Shown in pieces: positions 49,699-62,379 of a stretch of DNA of 64,000 nucleotides. A model generated the notes under the pieces. That model searched no databases and had not been told where the DNA came from. It saw only the letters and a list, made by a program, of their open reading frames with translations. This stretch comes from Chiloscyllium plagiosum. Lineage: Eukaryota. Location: the NCBI RefSeq assembly GCF_004010195.1, contig NC_057718.1, positions 38,901,263 to 38,965,262 of the forward strand, given 5' to 3'. The translations under genes were made by a program, and so were the position numbers. Every line of letters starts with the position of its first letter. Position 1 is the stretch's first letter.

Positions 49699-51176
49699 TA
49701 GTCGAGAGAGTGGTGCTGCAAAAGAACAGCAGGGCAGGCAGCATCTGAGGAGCAGAAATCGATGTTTCAGGCAAAAGCCCTTCAGGAATGAGGCTGGGAG
49801 CCTTGGGGGTGAAGAGATAAATGGGAGGGGAATGGGGCTTGGGGAAGGTAGCTGAGAGTGCAATAGGTGGATGGAGATGGTGTAATGGGTGTGGATGGGT
49901 GGGAAGGAAGATGGGCAGGTAGGACAGGTCATGAGGGCAGTGCTGAACTGGAANNNNNNNNNNNNNNNNNNNNNNNNNNNNNNNNNNNNNNNNNNNNNNN
50001 NNNNNNNNNNNNNNNNNNNNNNNNNNNNNNNNNNNNNNNNNNNNNNNNNNNNNNNNNNNNNNNNNNNNNNNNNNNNNNNNNNNNNNNNNNNNNNNNNNNN
50101 NNNNNNNNNNNNNNNNNNNNNNNNNNNNNNNNNNNNNNNNNNNNNNNNNNNNNNNNNNNNNNNNNNNNNNNNNNNNNNNNNNNNNNNNNNNNNNNNNNNN
50201 NNNNNNGGGTGGGGGGGGCAGATGCGTGGACCTGACAAGGTAGTCGTGAAGGAAATGGTCTTTACGGAAAGTGGATAGGAGTGGTGAGGGAAATATACCT
50301 CTGGTGGTGGGGTCCATTTGTAGGTGGTGGAAATGGTGGAGGATGATGCAACGTATACGGAGGTTCGTAGGGTGGAAGGACTGGGGGGGGTGCTGGCGTT
50401 GTTGCGGTTGAAGGGGTGGGGTTCGAGGGTGGAGGTGCAGAAAGTGGATGAGATGCGTTGGAGGGCATCATTAACCATGTGGGAGGGGAAATTGCGGCCT
50501 TTAAAGAAGGTGGCCAGCTGGTGTGTTCTGTGGTGGAACTGGTCTTGCTGGGAGCAGATGCGGCGGAGGCGGAGGAATTGGGAATAAGGATAGCATTTTT
50601 AGAAAAAGCAGGGTGGGAGGAGTTGTAATCCAGGTAGCTGTGGGAGTCAGGTTTGTAGAAAGTGTCAGTGTTAAATCGGTCACCGTTAATGGAGATGGAG
50701 AGGTCCAGGAAGGGGAGGGAGGTGTCTGAGATGATCCACGTGAATTTAAGGTCGGGGTGGAATGTATTGGTGAAATTGATGAACTGTTCAACGTCCTCAT
50801 GGGAGCACAAGGTGGCGCCAATGCAGTCATCAATGTAGCGGAGGAAGAGGTGGGGAGTGATGCCGGTATAACTGCGGAAGATGGACTGTTCCACATAGCC
50901 GACAAAGAGGCAGGCATAGCTGGGGCCCATACGGATGCCCATGGCTACCCCTTTTGTCTGGAGGAAATGGGAGGATTCGAAGGAGAAATTATTGAGGGTG
51001 AGGACCAGTTCAGCCAAAAGAATTAGTGTCAGTGGAAAGGTGTGGTGGGGACGTCGGGAGAAAAAACAACGGAGGGCTTGGAGGCCCTGGTCATGGCGGA
51101 TGGAGTTATATAGGGATTGGATGTCCATGGTGAAGATTAGGCATTGGGGACCAGGGAAACGCCTATTGTGGAGGGC
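49699..51176 (-). mobile_element. Penelope-like element, 5'-truncated, with RT core (frameshifted; N-gap)
   Basis: ORF 50262..51278 reads IFTMDIQSLYNSI, FSFESSHFLQTKGVAMGIRMGPSYACLFVG, FLRYIDDCIG, LPFLDLSI, FYKP..SHSYLDY.SSHP, which are PLE RT signatures. Confidence 0.93.
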
Positions 51177-51643
51177 ATGGCTAAGAAAGATCAGAACTGG
51201 GAACGAAACACTGTAGGGTATAGTACATAATAGATGAAAAGATAAAGGGAGAAATTGGAGAGGTGAAGTAGCTGACAATAGAAAAAATAAAGAGTATTGG
51301 CGAGTCTAAAATAAAAGCCATATAGATGGAGATAAAAGATGATAAAATATCCATTATACTATTGATGTAATCCACAGATCATCTAATAGATAGAAGAGAA
51401 ATGGAGGAAGAAATATACAAATGTTCTTCAGAATTAATAAATGGAAGAATAACCATGGTGAATTTCAAAAGCCCTGATGGACAGAAACAGTACATAAAGG
51501 AGATACAGGAATTGAGTTCTTGTGGTGTTCACAGGACTTTTTAAAATAAAATATGTAAAAGCACAACAGCTAAAGGTTCACCACTGGATTTGGTAATGGG
51601 AATGAACCAGAGCAGAAACGTTAAGTAAAAGTTGGGGAATATC

Positions 51644-51814
51644 TAGGCAATAATGTCAATAATCTTTATATTCTTTCAAGTGTAAGTGCATCATGACCTC
51701 AGGACTCCGGCACTCAATTCCTCTACCAATAAAAGCCAGTACGCCATATGCCTTCCTCACCGCACTATTTAGGCAATAATGTCAATAATCTTTATATTCT
51801 TTCAAGTGTAAGTG
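51644..51814. repeat. Perfect 45-bp direct repeat flanking an 81-bp CR1 internal fragment
   Basis: taggcaataatgtcaataatctttatattctttcaagtgtaagtg at 51644-51688 and 51770-51814. Confidence 0.95.
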
Positions 51815-52499
51815 TGACAAATAAACAAATTTATAGATCGGAGAAAAGGTGATTTTGAGTGGCTGAGAATGAAACTTGCAGGAAACAAAATTGGCAAAAT
51901 ATGTTGGCAAACAGCAATGTAGAACTACAATTGGAAGCACTCTTTTTAAAAAAAAAAGTGTTCAACAGAGTGCAGCAAAAATATGTTTCATTAAAAAGAA
52001 AGAGCAAATTAAACACATGAGACTCCACGGATGAATAAAAACTTAAGGAAGCAGTTGAGAGATAGCAAAGAGGCGTGCAATAATTATATACACCCTGCAG
52101 AGGAATGCATAATTAAAGAAGTTTTAAAGAGATTAGGCAAGAAGTCAGAAGTACAATTGGGGAGGCAAAGAGGAACTATGCAATTAACGTTTTTAGGAAC
52201 ATAAGCAAAAATAGTAAGATATTTTACATACAGGTCAATAAAGAGGGAAGGGTGTGATTAGAATTAAGAGGAAATACCACAGCACATGCTGGAGAGATGG
52301 CAGAAATGTAAAGCTGTTATTTTATTTTGTTATTTGCCAGGGAGATAGCAAATGTAAAGATGACACTTAATGATAACTTGAATAATGAGATAAGTACAAA
52401 TGCCATGCATAAATAATGTTGTACCAATGTGTCTGATCGGAGAAAATTCCAGGCTTAGACAGGCTTGGCCCAGCCAGTCCATACAAATATTTCAGCTTC

Positions 52500-53320
52500 A
52501 CATGAAAGACACCTATTCAATTTGCTTCAATCACTCCCTGTGGTAGTGAATTCTACATTCTCACAACTCTTTCGATAAATAAGCTTTGTTTCAATTTTCT
52601 AATATATTTATTGCTGATTTGCATTGATGGCCTAAAAAATTGCTTTCCTCTCTTCCTCCTCTCCCTCAAATAAATGGAAAGATTGTTTCTATATTCACTC
52701 TTTCAAAACCTTTCATTATTTTCAAATACATTTATTAGGTCACCCCTCAGCTTTCTCTCTTTGATATCTTTTCCAGAAACACCACCCATTTCTTATATCA
52801 TCCTTTATAAATCTTCTCTGCATCATCTCCAGTCCTTCAATATCATTTTTGCAATAGCAATCTGAACTGCATGCAATACTCAGATGGGGACTGAACTAAG
52901 GCTTGATACAAGTTTAGCATAACTTCTCTCTTTTTTTTTCAATTGCAGACAACTGCTTGGTTTGTTTTTGTAATAGCCTTGTGAACCTGTGGCAGAACTT
53001 TGTAGAGATATATTTATTTCTTTTCCAACAATCCTTTATTCCCTTACCCCACCTAAATTTACACTTTCCATGTAATGTCACTCTTCTATTCTGTACACAT
53101 ATTTGTTTTGAAATTCATTTGCCAATTATTTATTTCCTTTGTAATTTGTTGCAGTCCTCTTCAGTGTTGACTATCCCTCTCAATTTGATGGTCAGCTCCA
53201 GAGGTAGAACTTGTGTCCACATCATTAAAACAAATCGGAAACAGTCTTGTCTCAGCAGTAATCAGTGTGGAACATCACTCCCCACCTATTGCTGCTCTGA
53301 ATAATTACTCTTTAATCTCA
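52500..53320 (-). mobile_element. Very old CR1 3' fragment
   Basis: Remnants tgtggtagtgaattctacattctc, tgaactgcatgcaatactc and aagtttagcataac. Confidence 0.6.
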
Positions 53321-53536
53321 AGATGTATTGACCATTACATATAACATACCGAGTAATAGTTATGTAGTTTATGAGACCATGTCTCCTCTATGTTTAACAG
53401 ATCATGCAAAATATATTATTATTCTATTCATACCACAAGAGGGCACTATTGTTACATCCATATGTTAAACTAATGTACAGAGAGGTTTTGGGAAGTGAAC
53501 AGTTCCAGTGTAGATTATCATATTTTTCTCTCCTAG

Positions 53537-53687
53537 GTGGCCTTGGTTTTGCTCATACTTTATTTTTCTATATGAAATATCTGCTGTTTTATGGCATTCC
53601 ATCAATTATCATGCATTTGGATGGAATTGAACCACCAAGATTGCCAAGGTGTACCAGTAGTTTGTACAGTTTTACAGGAACATGGAG
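53537..53687 (+). CDS. HHAT: HHAT coding exon 7 (GGLGFAHTLFFYMKYLLFYGIP...LDGIEPPRLPRCTSSLYSFTGTWR), 151 nt; gene continues beyond it
   Basis: Acceptor ttctctcctag, donor gtaagt. Matches GGLALAQVLFFYVKY...DGLTPPALPRCVSTMFSFTGMWR. Confidence 0.97.
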
Positions 53688-54049
53688 GTAAGTCTTACAG
53701 TGTGTATTTTGAAAGTCAAGGTTAAGAACAGAATGACATCTTGCAAATGCAGCTATACTAATTTCTGACTCATTTACAATAATGTGATTATTATTTCCTC
53801 AGTATATTTTGCCTGAGGAATAATTTTACAAGATAGTTTTATACGTTTCTTCTGAAGTAGTCACATTGGACTCAATGTTGTTTGCTCTCTCCCAAGACGT
53901 TGCCAGACCTATTGAGTTTCTCCAGCATTTTCCCTTTTTATTTCATTAGTTCAAAGTTTGTGTTTTAAAATAAAGCTGTTTGGGGTCACTTTAAGTTGAT
54001 GAAACATGATTATTGTGTTGACTAAGCAGATGTGGCCAATGTATCCTTG

Positions 54050-57000
54050 ACGAAGTGCAGCAAGACCCAGGCCTGTGGCAGTATAAGAGTGGCTCAGCTG
54101 TGTAGGAGGAAGGAAGAAGAATGGAAGGACAATACTGATAGGGGATTGTTTATTTAGGGGTCAGGCATTTCTGTGACTGCCAACATGACTCTAGGACAGT
54201 TTGTTGCCTCCCTGGTGTTAGGATGAAAAGAATGGCCACGGGACATTTTTCTGGGGCAGGGCAAGCAACCAGAGGTCACGGTTCACATTGGTATCAGTGA
54301 CCCTGCATGAATGTGAATGCACAGAATGTAGTTAATAAGATTGGGGAGTTACAGGCACAGATTGCCTGATTTGTTTATAATGTTGTGGTTATAATAAGCC
54401 CTCATTTAAGGAAGGCTTATCTGGATATTAAATGTTCCCAGTTACAAGGTGCTCAGAAAATATAGGGAATGGAAAACACAGAGTAGGTAGCATTTTTGGT
54501 TTAAGGATAGCATAGCAGTAATGGAGGAAGAGAATGTTTCAGAGGGTTAAATAATTCTGTTGCTGTGGCTAAAATGAAGGGATAAGGATGCTCAGAATAA
54601 AATACAGGCCATTAGCTAATGGGTAGGAGGCAGAGAAACAAATCTGCAAGGAAATTACAGAGAGGTGAAAACATCATAGAGTGGTTGTAAAGGGGGACTT
54701 TCATTACCTGTATGTGAATGGGGTTAGTGATCGTGTTAAAGGGCGGTGAGGGACGAGCATTCATAGATTGTATTCAGGAAAATTTTCTACCGTAGAACGT
54801 GTCCAATTCAAAAAGAAAGGAGACCCTGCAAGACCTTGTTCTTAGGAATTGGGTGGCCTAAGTAGATCAAGTATTAGTGAGGGAAGATTTAGTGGACAGT
54901 GATCATTTTGTCATAAGGCTTAGGGTGATGGCGGAAAGTGACGTTTGTCAATCCAGAGTAAGAATGATTGAAGCATGGCAAGCAGATTTCAATGGGGCAA
55001 GAACTGAATTGGGCCAGACAGGCTGGAACTAAAGGTTGGTGGGTAAATAATAGCTGGATAGTGGGCTACCTTCAAAAACGAAATTGTTTAGTCATAGTCA
55101 AAATATATTTTTTTGAATGGGAAATGTAGGACAACAAATCCAGAGCTCACTGATTAACAAAGGAGACAGAAATTAAGATAACAAATGTGATTATGACAGG
55201 TGTCATAAGGCAGATAAGAAGCAAAGAGAAAATTAAAAACACAAGCTGACAGCTAACATAAAAGGAAATCCTCTGTAAGCACATCAATAGTAAAAGATGG
55301 TGGAAGGAGTAGTGGGGGGCAGGTTAGAGATCAAAAAGGGGTTTTACAAGCCTAGAGAAACGGTTGAGGTGTTGATTAAAAGCCTTACATTTGTGTTGAC
55401 CTCTGAGGCAGAGGCTGCTCAGATAGTGGTGATAGAGGAGGAAGCTCAGTTATGAGAAGAGTTTAAAATTGAGCACAGCCTTGTGAAGAAAGTTATAGAT
55501 CATGAACAATCTAGAACTTCGAAAGGCATTGCCACATTAGTCAGGTGAGCAGAAAGGTACCAGATGGAGCTCAGTGCGAAAAATTGTGAGGTGATATATT
55601 TTGCCAGAAAGAACATGGGGAGACTGTGTGAAATAAAATATACTATTCTAAAGGGCATACAAGTGCAGAAAGACCTTGGTGTATATGTACGTCAGTTACT
55701 AAAGGTGGCAGGACAGTTTAATAAGGCATGCAGCATTCTTGGTTTCATAAGTAGGGACATATAAAATACAAGCAGGGAGATTATGATTAATTTACATACA
55801 ACACTGGTTAGGCCTCAGCTGGAGTACTGTGCACAGTTCAGGACCCCACACTATAGTGGAGAATGTGAATACATTGATTAAAGTATAGAACAGGTATGTA
55901 AGAGTGGTTCCAGAAATAAGACATTTCAGTTATCAGGAAAGATTGGAGAAGTTGGGACTGTTTTCCTTTGTGAGAAGAAATTAAAAAGAAGTTTTCAAAA
56001 CCATGAGGAGTTAGCTAAAAAGGTGAAATTGTTCTCACTCATTAGCAGATCAAGAGCTTGGGCACAGTTTTGAAGTGCTTCGCAAAAGAAGCAAATGTGA
56101 GGTGAGAAAATAAAGTTTATTACAGAGGAATATCAATTATCTGAATATCGGATTATCCAAAGGAGATCTCGAGGTTCCTATAGAAACATTACATCAAAGA
56201 CGTGTTTCCAACGCTGAACATGTCTTTTGTTTACAGTGATTAAAAGTGAACTTGGCTTATTGAAATGCTGCTGAGAACAGTCCTGGACATCGATGGGAGC
56301 ACAGGCACGGTCTCCAAATGACTGACCTCCCGCCTTCTCTTTCCCTCCCCACACTTTCCCTGGAGTTCTACACGTGTGTGTACCCTGAACCTCCCTTCCC
56401 CAGATAATCTCTCCAACATTGTCCTGTACAGGGCAAAGGTGGAACCTGTCAAAATGTCCTGCAGTAATCTTGTTGGTGTTCAGTCCGGCTGCCCCAGAGT
56501 GGGGTTGGGGGTGGACGGGGGGGTGCACAGGTGGTGGACGGGGGACGGTGTTGGACAGGTTTGGGGAGGCGGGCAGGCATGCATGGGTGGACGGGGGCGG
56601 GTGGGGGCGAGTGAGGANNNNNNNNNNNNNNNNNNNNNNNNNNNNNNNNNNNNNNNNNNNNNNNNNNNNNNNNNNNNNNNNNNNNNNNNNNNNNNNNNNN
56701 NNNNNNNNNNNNNNNNNNNNNNNNNNNNNNNNNNNNNNNNNNNNNNNNNNNNNNNNNNNNNNNNNNNNNNNNNNNNNNNNNNNNNNNNNNNNNNNNNNNN
56801 NNNNNNNNNNNNNNNNNNNNNNNNNNNNNNNNNNNNNNNNNNNNNNNNNNNNNNNNNNNNNNNNNNNNNNNNNNNNNNNNNNNNNNNNNNNNNNNNNNNN
56901 NNNNNNNNNNNNNNNNNNNNNNNNNNNNNNNNNNNNNNNNNNNNNNNNNNNNNNNNNNNNNNNNNNNNNNNNNNNNNNNNNNNNNNNNNNNNNNNNNNNN

Positions 57001-57830
57001 NNNNNNNNNNNNNNNNNNNNNNNNNNNNNNNNNNNNNNNNNNNNNNNNNNNNNNNNNNNNNNNNNNNNNNNNNNNNNNNNNNNNNNNNNNNNNNNNNNNN
57101 NNNNNNNNNNNNNNNNNNNNNNNNNNNNNNNNNNNNNNNNNNNNNNNNNNNNNNNNNNNNNNNNNNNNNNNNNNNNNNNNNNNNNNNNNNNNNNNNNNNN
57201 NNNNNNNNNNNNNNNNNNNNNNNNNNNNNNNNNNNNNNNNNNNNNNNNNNNNNNNNNNNNNNNNNNNNNNNNNNNNNNNNNAGGCAGGTGGGGGCGGTTG
57301 GGAGCTGGCGGGGTTCGGTATTGGACGGGATTGGGGATGGGGGGACGGGGGGGCGGTGTTGGACGGAGGCGGGGTTGGACGAATGCAGGGGATGAGGAAG
57401 GGGCGGGAACGCACGGGATGTGGGGGAGGAGGAGGAGGGGTTTGGGGGCTTGCGCGCAGTGTGTTGCTGCCTAGTCTCGTGAACAGGGAGCAGACTTCAC
57501 AGAAAACTCTGAGCCCCAGAGGAAAGGCATTGAATCAATTAACCAAATAATCAATTATCTGAACGTAACAGTGCCCGTCCATCTTGTTCAGATAATCGAG
57601 ATTCCTCTGTACATAGTGAATAATTAGGATATGGATTGCAGTATCTGGAAGTGTGCTGGAGGGAAGTTCAATTGAGGCATTCAATTGAACTTCCTGAGAG
57701 AGATTGGCTAATTGTTTTTATTTAAATAATGTGCAGGGCTACAGGGAAAAGATAGGAGAATGATGCTGAGATAACATAATTAGAGACCCCATGCAGGCAC
57801 AATACACCAAATGGGCCTTCTACTGCACTG
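54050..57830 (+). mobile_element. Old internally deleted CR1 (ORF1, EN and 3' remnants) hosting a DNA transposon
   Basis: IGD..FRG and VCCLPG esterase-like ORF1 remnants, VVVKGDFH.P, KNCEVIYF, RPQLEYCAQF. Sequence resumes after 57611. Confidence 0.75.
56123..57609. mobile_element. Tc1/mariner-pogo (Tigger-like) non-autonomous element with TA TSD
   Basis: TA|CAGAGGAATATCAATTATCTGAA ... TTCAGATAATCGAGATTCCTCTG|TA: 23-bp TIRs with 2 mismatches. G-rich interior with a large N-gap. Confidence 0.88.
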
Positions 57831-59199
57831 TTTTAAAAAGGAATCTGAGTCCAAGTTTGTTTAGAAAATAAACCGATCAACTTGAGGGGAAAAACCGTGC
57901 TGATTCATATTTAAATGTTGCAGAGGGGTTGGTGCAAGGTGAATAGGAGCTAAAGTACTACTGTGCACTAAGTTTTGTTATATATTGTTAGTATATAGTC
58001 TGTAAATGATGTGCTTTTACAAACATGGTAATTGTATTAAAACAATTTAAGGCACTTTTTAAAAATGTTGCATATGTGAAAAATCTAAAACGAAAACAGA
58101 AAACACTTAAGTAAACAATTCGCCCATCAAGCACTTGCAAAGAGAAGACTTTTCAGGTATATGTTGTGTTCCTGAAGCAGAAACTCAGGGTGCATGAGAA
58201 TAAAATCAAAGCTCTTGATTATCATTTTTAATTTTCTAGAACTGGCTATTATAGCACAGTGTAACTGAGAATTTTCTTTTGACAAAACAGCTTAAATAAT
58301 TTAACATCTACTACTCAAATATGGTGGTTTGACATTTTTCAGCTGTTAAAGAAACTCCAGCAAGTTACTTTTTTTAAAGTAGTAAGGAATATCCTGAACA
58401 GAAATAGTTTTAAAAAAACACTCTAAAACAGTTCCCCCTTGCAGAGATTCCTGGCAGATTTCTTTTTGTGATGATGCACAAATTAGTTTAAGCAGAAGTT
58501 CAATCTGGATTGTTGTTGGCACCCAAAAGAGGTACTCAACCCAGATCTCTCAATGTTCTGAAGAAGCTGCTTTTTGGAATGAACCTGATGTAGTTGTATA
58601 CAAGTAATCTGTTAAATATATAAAAGATCCATTTCAGTGGAGTAACGATCAGACATTCAGTTTGATGTTAATTGAAATACTGCAAATGCATTTGATGCAA
58701 TTTGTATTTACATATTGATTACAGCCAGAGTTTCTCTGACAAACAAACTATATAAACTAAAAGGAGGAATTTGAAAGTTTTGACAATCTTGCTTCAGAAC
58801 TTGAAACTTCTAGTCAAAAAAACATTGAATACAGAAATGTGCTAACATAAAGAGACAATCTAATCATTGTCAAAAGCAGGCAAATATTGGTCTAAATATG
58901 CAATAGAGAAATAGAAACTCACTAACAATTAAGTAATGCAAAACAGCAATTTGAAGGTCAGGAATGAAAAAGAACTTTGCTTGCAAAGTGCAAGTTGTCA
59001 TTGTCTCTGTTATGCTGATTGAGAAGAACACCCAGTCTACTAATGTGGTGAGCATTTTCACAGTGAAGTCATTCATTATCAAGGGAACCAGTATATTTTA
59101 TTAAGAATGTATGTCACTGAATTAATTCCAGACAGTAAGATATATAAGAAATGACACCTTTTGATATTTGCAAACATGTGTGTGTGTGCACTTATACAT

Positions 59200-61490
59200 T
59201 GTGATAGAAAGTATATGATTAAATGTAATTTTGACAGTTTAGATATCAAAATGGTGGCATATTGATGTTGGTTACTTTTGTGAGGGGTCTAAAAACAAAG
59301 TCAGAGAGCTGATAACTACAAGCCCCCTGGAGTGTTAATGGAGTATTGTTTGTTTATACTGTGAGGTTTACAAGCAGTAAGCACTGAAAGGCATTCGCTT
59401 GTTTTTTGCTTTAAGATAATCAAAGATTGGTTTCATCTTAGAAAAACTCAGATTGAATAATTTTAGAAGAGACATGATTCGGGTCAGAAACAAGTATAGT
59501 TTTTCTCCTTGGAAAAAGTAAAGGACAGTTCAGGGAAAACAGTTACCTAATGTAAACATTTACTTTGCTAAACTTCCAGACCAAGACAGTTCAGTTAGAA
59601 ATCTCCAGATTATCATAAGACTGTGAAAGGGTAAGTTTTCAGTTTCGTAAGTATTCATGTAAGATTACTTTACAGTTCACAGTACAACTGGGCAGTCACA
59701 GTTAAGTCAAACCTAAAGGTTTGATGCCGAATGATAATTTATCTTGATTTGAAATGTTATAAAGTAATGGTTTTGTGAAAAGATGAGATTTTATAATGTG
59801 TTTTGGGTCTTAAGATCTTTCAAACTGTTTCTTCAAATTTAGATAGCTTAGTTTGTTTTTTTTCAGTTTGTGTAATGAACTTCAGTTTCATTGTCAAAAT
59901 CTGAAACCTATATGTTTGTTTTATTGAATGGCCAACTTGTTAGTGCATAAGAAGACAGTCGAGCCAGTTTTCATTCTGGGATCTGACATGTCCAGTACTA
60001 ACATCAGCTGGGATCATAACAATTAGACTTTCGCTAGATTTGAGCTCATTGAACTTAAGAGGAATTCTATGTCACTTTTAAAGAAACGGGGTGAATGGAG
60101 GCTCTGAAGAAAATGCAGGAGTATTGCTGTGAAGATTAGATTTAACGATGGCTTTGAGTATTGCTAAGAGTTTTCTGTGAATGGATGACATAACATTGAA
60201 TCATTTGAAATCTTTGCAAACGGCTAGGCTAAGAGAATTAAAAGATAAGTTGAAAGTTAAGTAAAAGCACAACTTCATAAGGAGCATATGCTTTAAGTGA
60301 TTATCCAACATTTAGAATTAGAAAAGTGGAAACCTGAAATTGAGATGCCAAAGCTACAGTTGGCTAAGATATGGTTAGAAATGAAGAAAAAAAAAGAAAA
60401 AGGAGATGAAAATAGGAATGGAAAGGAAGTAAGACTAGGAAATAAGAACGATTGAAATGAATAGGGAGGAAGGAAAAAACACCAATAGAAAAAGAGATGG
60501 AATTAAAGCATGAACTTAAAAGAGATCAGGCAACTAGCCAACAGGAATTGGCCAGACAATAGCTTAAAGAAGTAAAGTAAAGGTTGTATTTGAGAGGATG
60601 ATTCTGATTCCAGTGAGGGATTTGATTTAACTAAAAATCTGTTTTAGATTTTAAATCTAAATTTACTGAGACTGGAGTCTAAAGATATTACACCTCATTT
60701 GAAAAGGTAGTTGGACAGATGTTTGGACCTCAATGTTAAAGAGTGCTTTGACTTCCACAGCTGTGACCATATATGTAAGAACAATCAGCAGATTGTGAAA
60801 CTGGAAAAAAGCAATACTATGAACTTGTCCCCATAGTTTAACAATTAGCATTTAGAATGACAAGAAAAAATATACAGTCAGAAATTTGCAGAGCTTGCAA
60901 GAGAAAAGAAAATGTTGTAGGATCACTGGTTTCAATTACTCAAGCTAGAGAAGTGTTTTAAAAATCTAAGGGAAATTATGATTATGGAAGAATTCATCAA
61001 TAGCATTCTTGAAATCCTAAAAATGCATGTAGATGAGCTCAAGTATCAAAATTCTGAGAAGCAACAGTTCTGGCATGAAATCTAACACACACGGTTACAT
61101 GTGGAAAGATGGTTATTTTTGTATCGATATGGAAATTAGAGGAATAGAATATCTGAAGGTGGAAGAAGTACTAGTCCTAGAGACCAAATAGGAAGATGCC
61201 AGAGTATTAAAGGAGAAGAGCTAGAACCAAAAACTAAAGAAACGTAGCGAAAATAACATGCCTCTATTGTAGTAAAACCAAAGTGCTTGAAGTTAAGTGG
61301 GCGCCCAGTTATGGTAGCAGAAAAGTCAAAGGAATCTTCAGAAAAGGGGGCATCAGGAAAGAAAATGGACATTAAACCTGTAGCAGTGGTTGAATATGTT
61401 CACTTTAAATGGGAGAGAAAAGAAATGATTCCTAGCAGTCAGGAAAATTGTTCATCGAATATTAATAGAGAATCAGACCACAATAGTTTC
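59200..61490 (+). mobile_element. Decayed Gypsy element: putative LTR (~59200-60021) and gag with a SCAN-related capsid segment
   Basis: TG...gggatcataaca LTR-like block, then MALSIAKSFL start and ELAREKKML*DHW...KNLREIMIMEEFINSILEILKMHVDE (~60890-61040). Confidence 0.65.
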
Positions 61491-61534
61491 TGAATACTTA
61501 ATTAAAATGAGAGGTGTTTCCTTACTGAGGTTTG

Positions 61535-62372
61535 GTGCTGAGTCAATTGCTTTTAGTCATTTATATAAATGATTTTGATGTGAATATAAGAGGAGTTGTA
61601 GTGGACATCGAAGAAGGTTGCTTCGGAGTACAACAGAATTTTGATCTGATGGGGCAGTGGGCCACGGAGTGGCAGGTGGAGTTTAATTAATTCAGATAAA
61701 TGTGAGGTGCTGCATTTTGGAAAGACAAATTAGGGCAGGACTTGTACTCTTAATGGTAAGGTCCTGGAGAGTGTTGCTGAACAAAGAGACCTTGGAGTGC
61801 AGGTTCATAGCTCTTTGAAAGTGGAATCACAGGTAGATAGGATAGTGAAGAAGGCGTTTGGAATGCTTTCCTTTATTAGTCAGTGCGTTGAGTATAGGAG
61901 TTGAGAAGTCATGTTATGGCTGTACAGGACATTAGTTAGGCCACTTTTGGAATATTGCATGCAATTCTGGTCTCCCTGCTACAGGAAGGATGTTGGGAAA
62001 CATGAAAGAATTCAGAAAAGACTTCCAAGGATGGAGGGATCTGAGCTATAGGGAGAGGCTGAGTAGGCTGTGGCTATTTTCCCTAGAGCTGAGGGGTGAT
62101 CTTACAGAGGTTTATAATATCATGATGGGTGTGGATAGGGTAAATACTTTAAGGTCTTTTCCCCAGAGTGGGGGAGTCCAAAACTAGAGGGCATAGGTTT
62201 AAGGTGAGGGGAAAGGTTTAAAAGAGACCTAAGGAGCATGAATAGGAAGGGTTTGGAGGGATAAGAGTCAAATGCTGGTAAATGGGACTACATTTATGTA
62301 GGATATTTGGTTAGCATGGTCAAGTTGGACAGAAGGATCTGTCTGTGTGCTGTACATCTATATGACTGTATG
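61535..62372 (+). mobile_element. CR1 LINE 3' part (HER1-like)
   Basis: FVIYINDFD, KCEVLHFG, RPLLEYCMQFWSP, LRGDLTEVY. Tail tgtacatctatatgact. Confidence 0.92.
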
Positions 62373-62379
62373 ATCATGA

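Larger units (their letters stand above)
49050..52430 (+). mobile_element. Ancient CR1 LINE (ORF1 / endonuclease region) interrupted by the Penelope-like element
   Basis: The AITETWL-type endonuclease motif is split: ggcattacggaga (~49685) and atggctaagaaagatcagaactggg (~51177). LDLVMGNEP remnant at ~51585. Confidence 0.65.

Noticed and set aside
50262..51278. Intact or domesticated reverse transcriptase gene
   Set aside because: The N-terminus is read from unrelated CR1 antisense sequence, the element is 5'-truncated, and it frameshifts after the RT core.
6489..53536. Minor-spliceosome (U12) introns in HHAT
   Set aside because: All donors are ordinary GT (gtaaga, gtaatt, gtttgt, gtaaat) with no RTATCCTT consensus.
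56376..57474. Long ORFs of 320-350 aa in the ORF track (also at 1.8-2.2, 42.4-42.7 and 49.7-50.5 kb)
   Set aside because: Artifacts of translating through N-gaps.
59262..59290. gatgttggt (DVG) as a candidate short HHAT exon
   Set aside because: No suitable acceptor or donor, poor flanking match, and it lies in LTR-like sequence.
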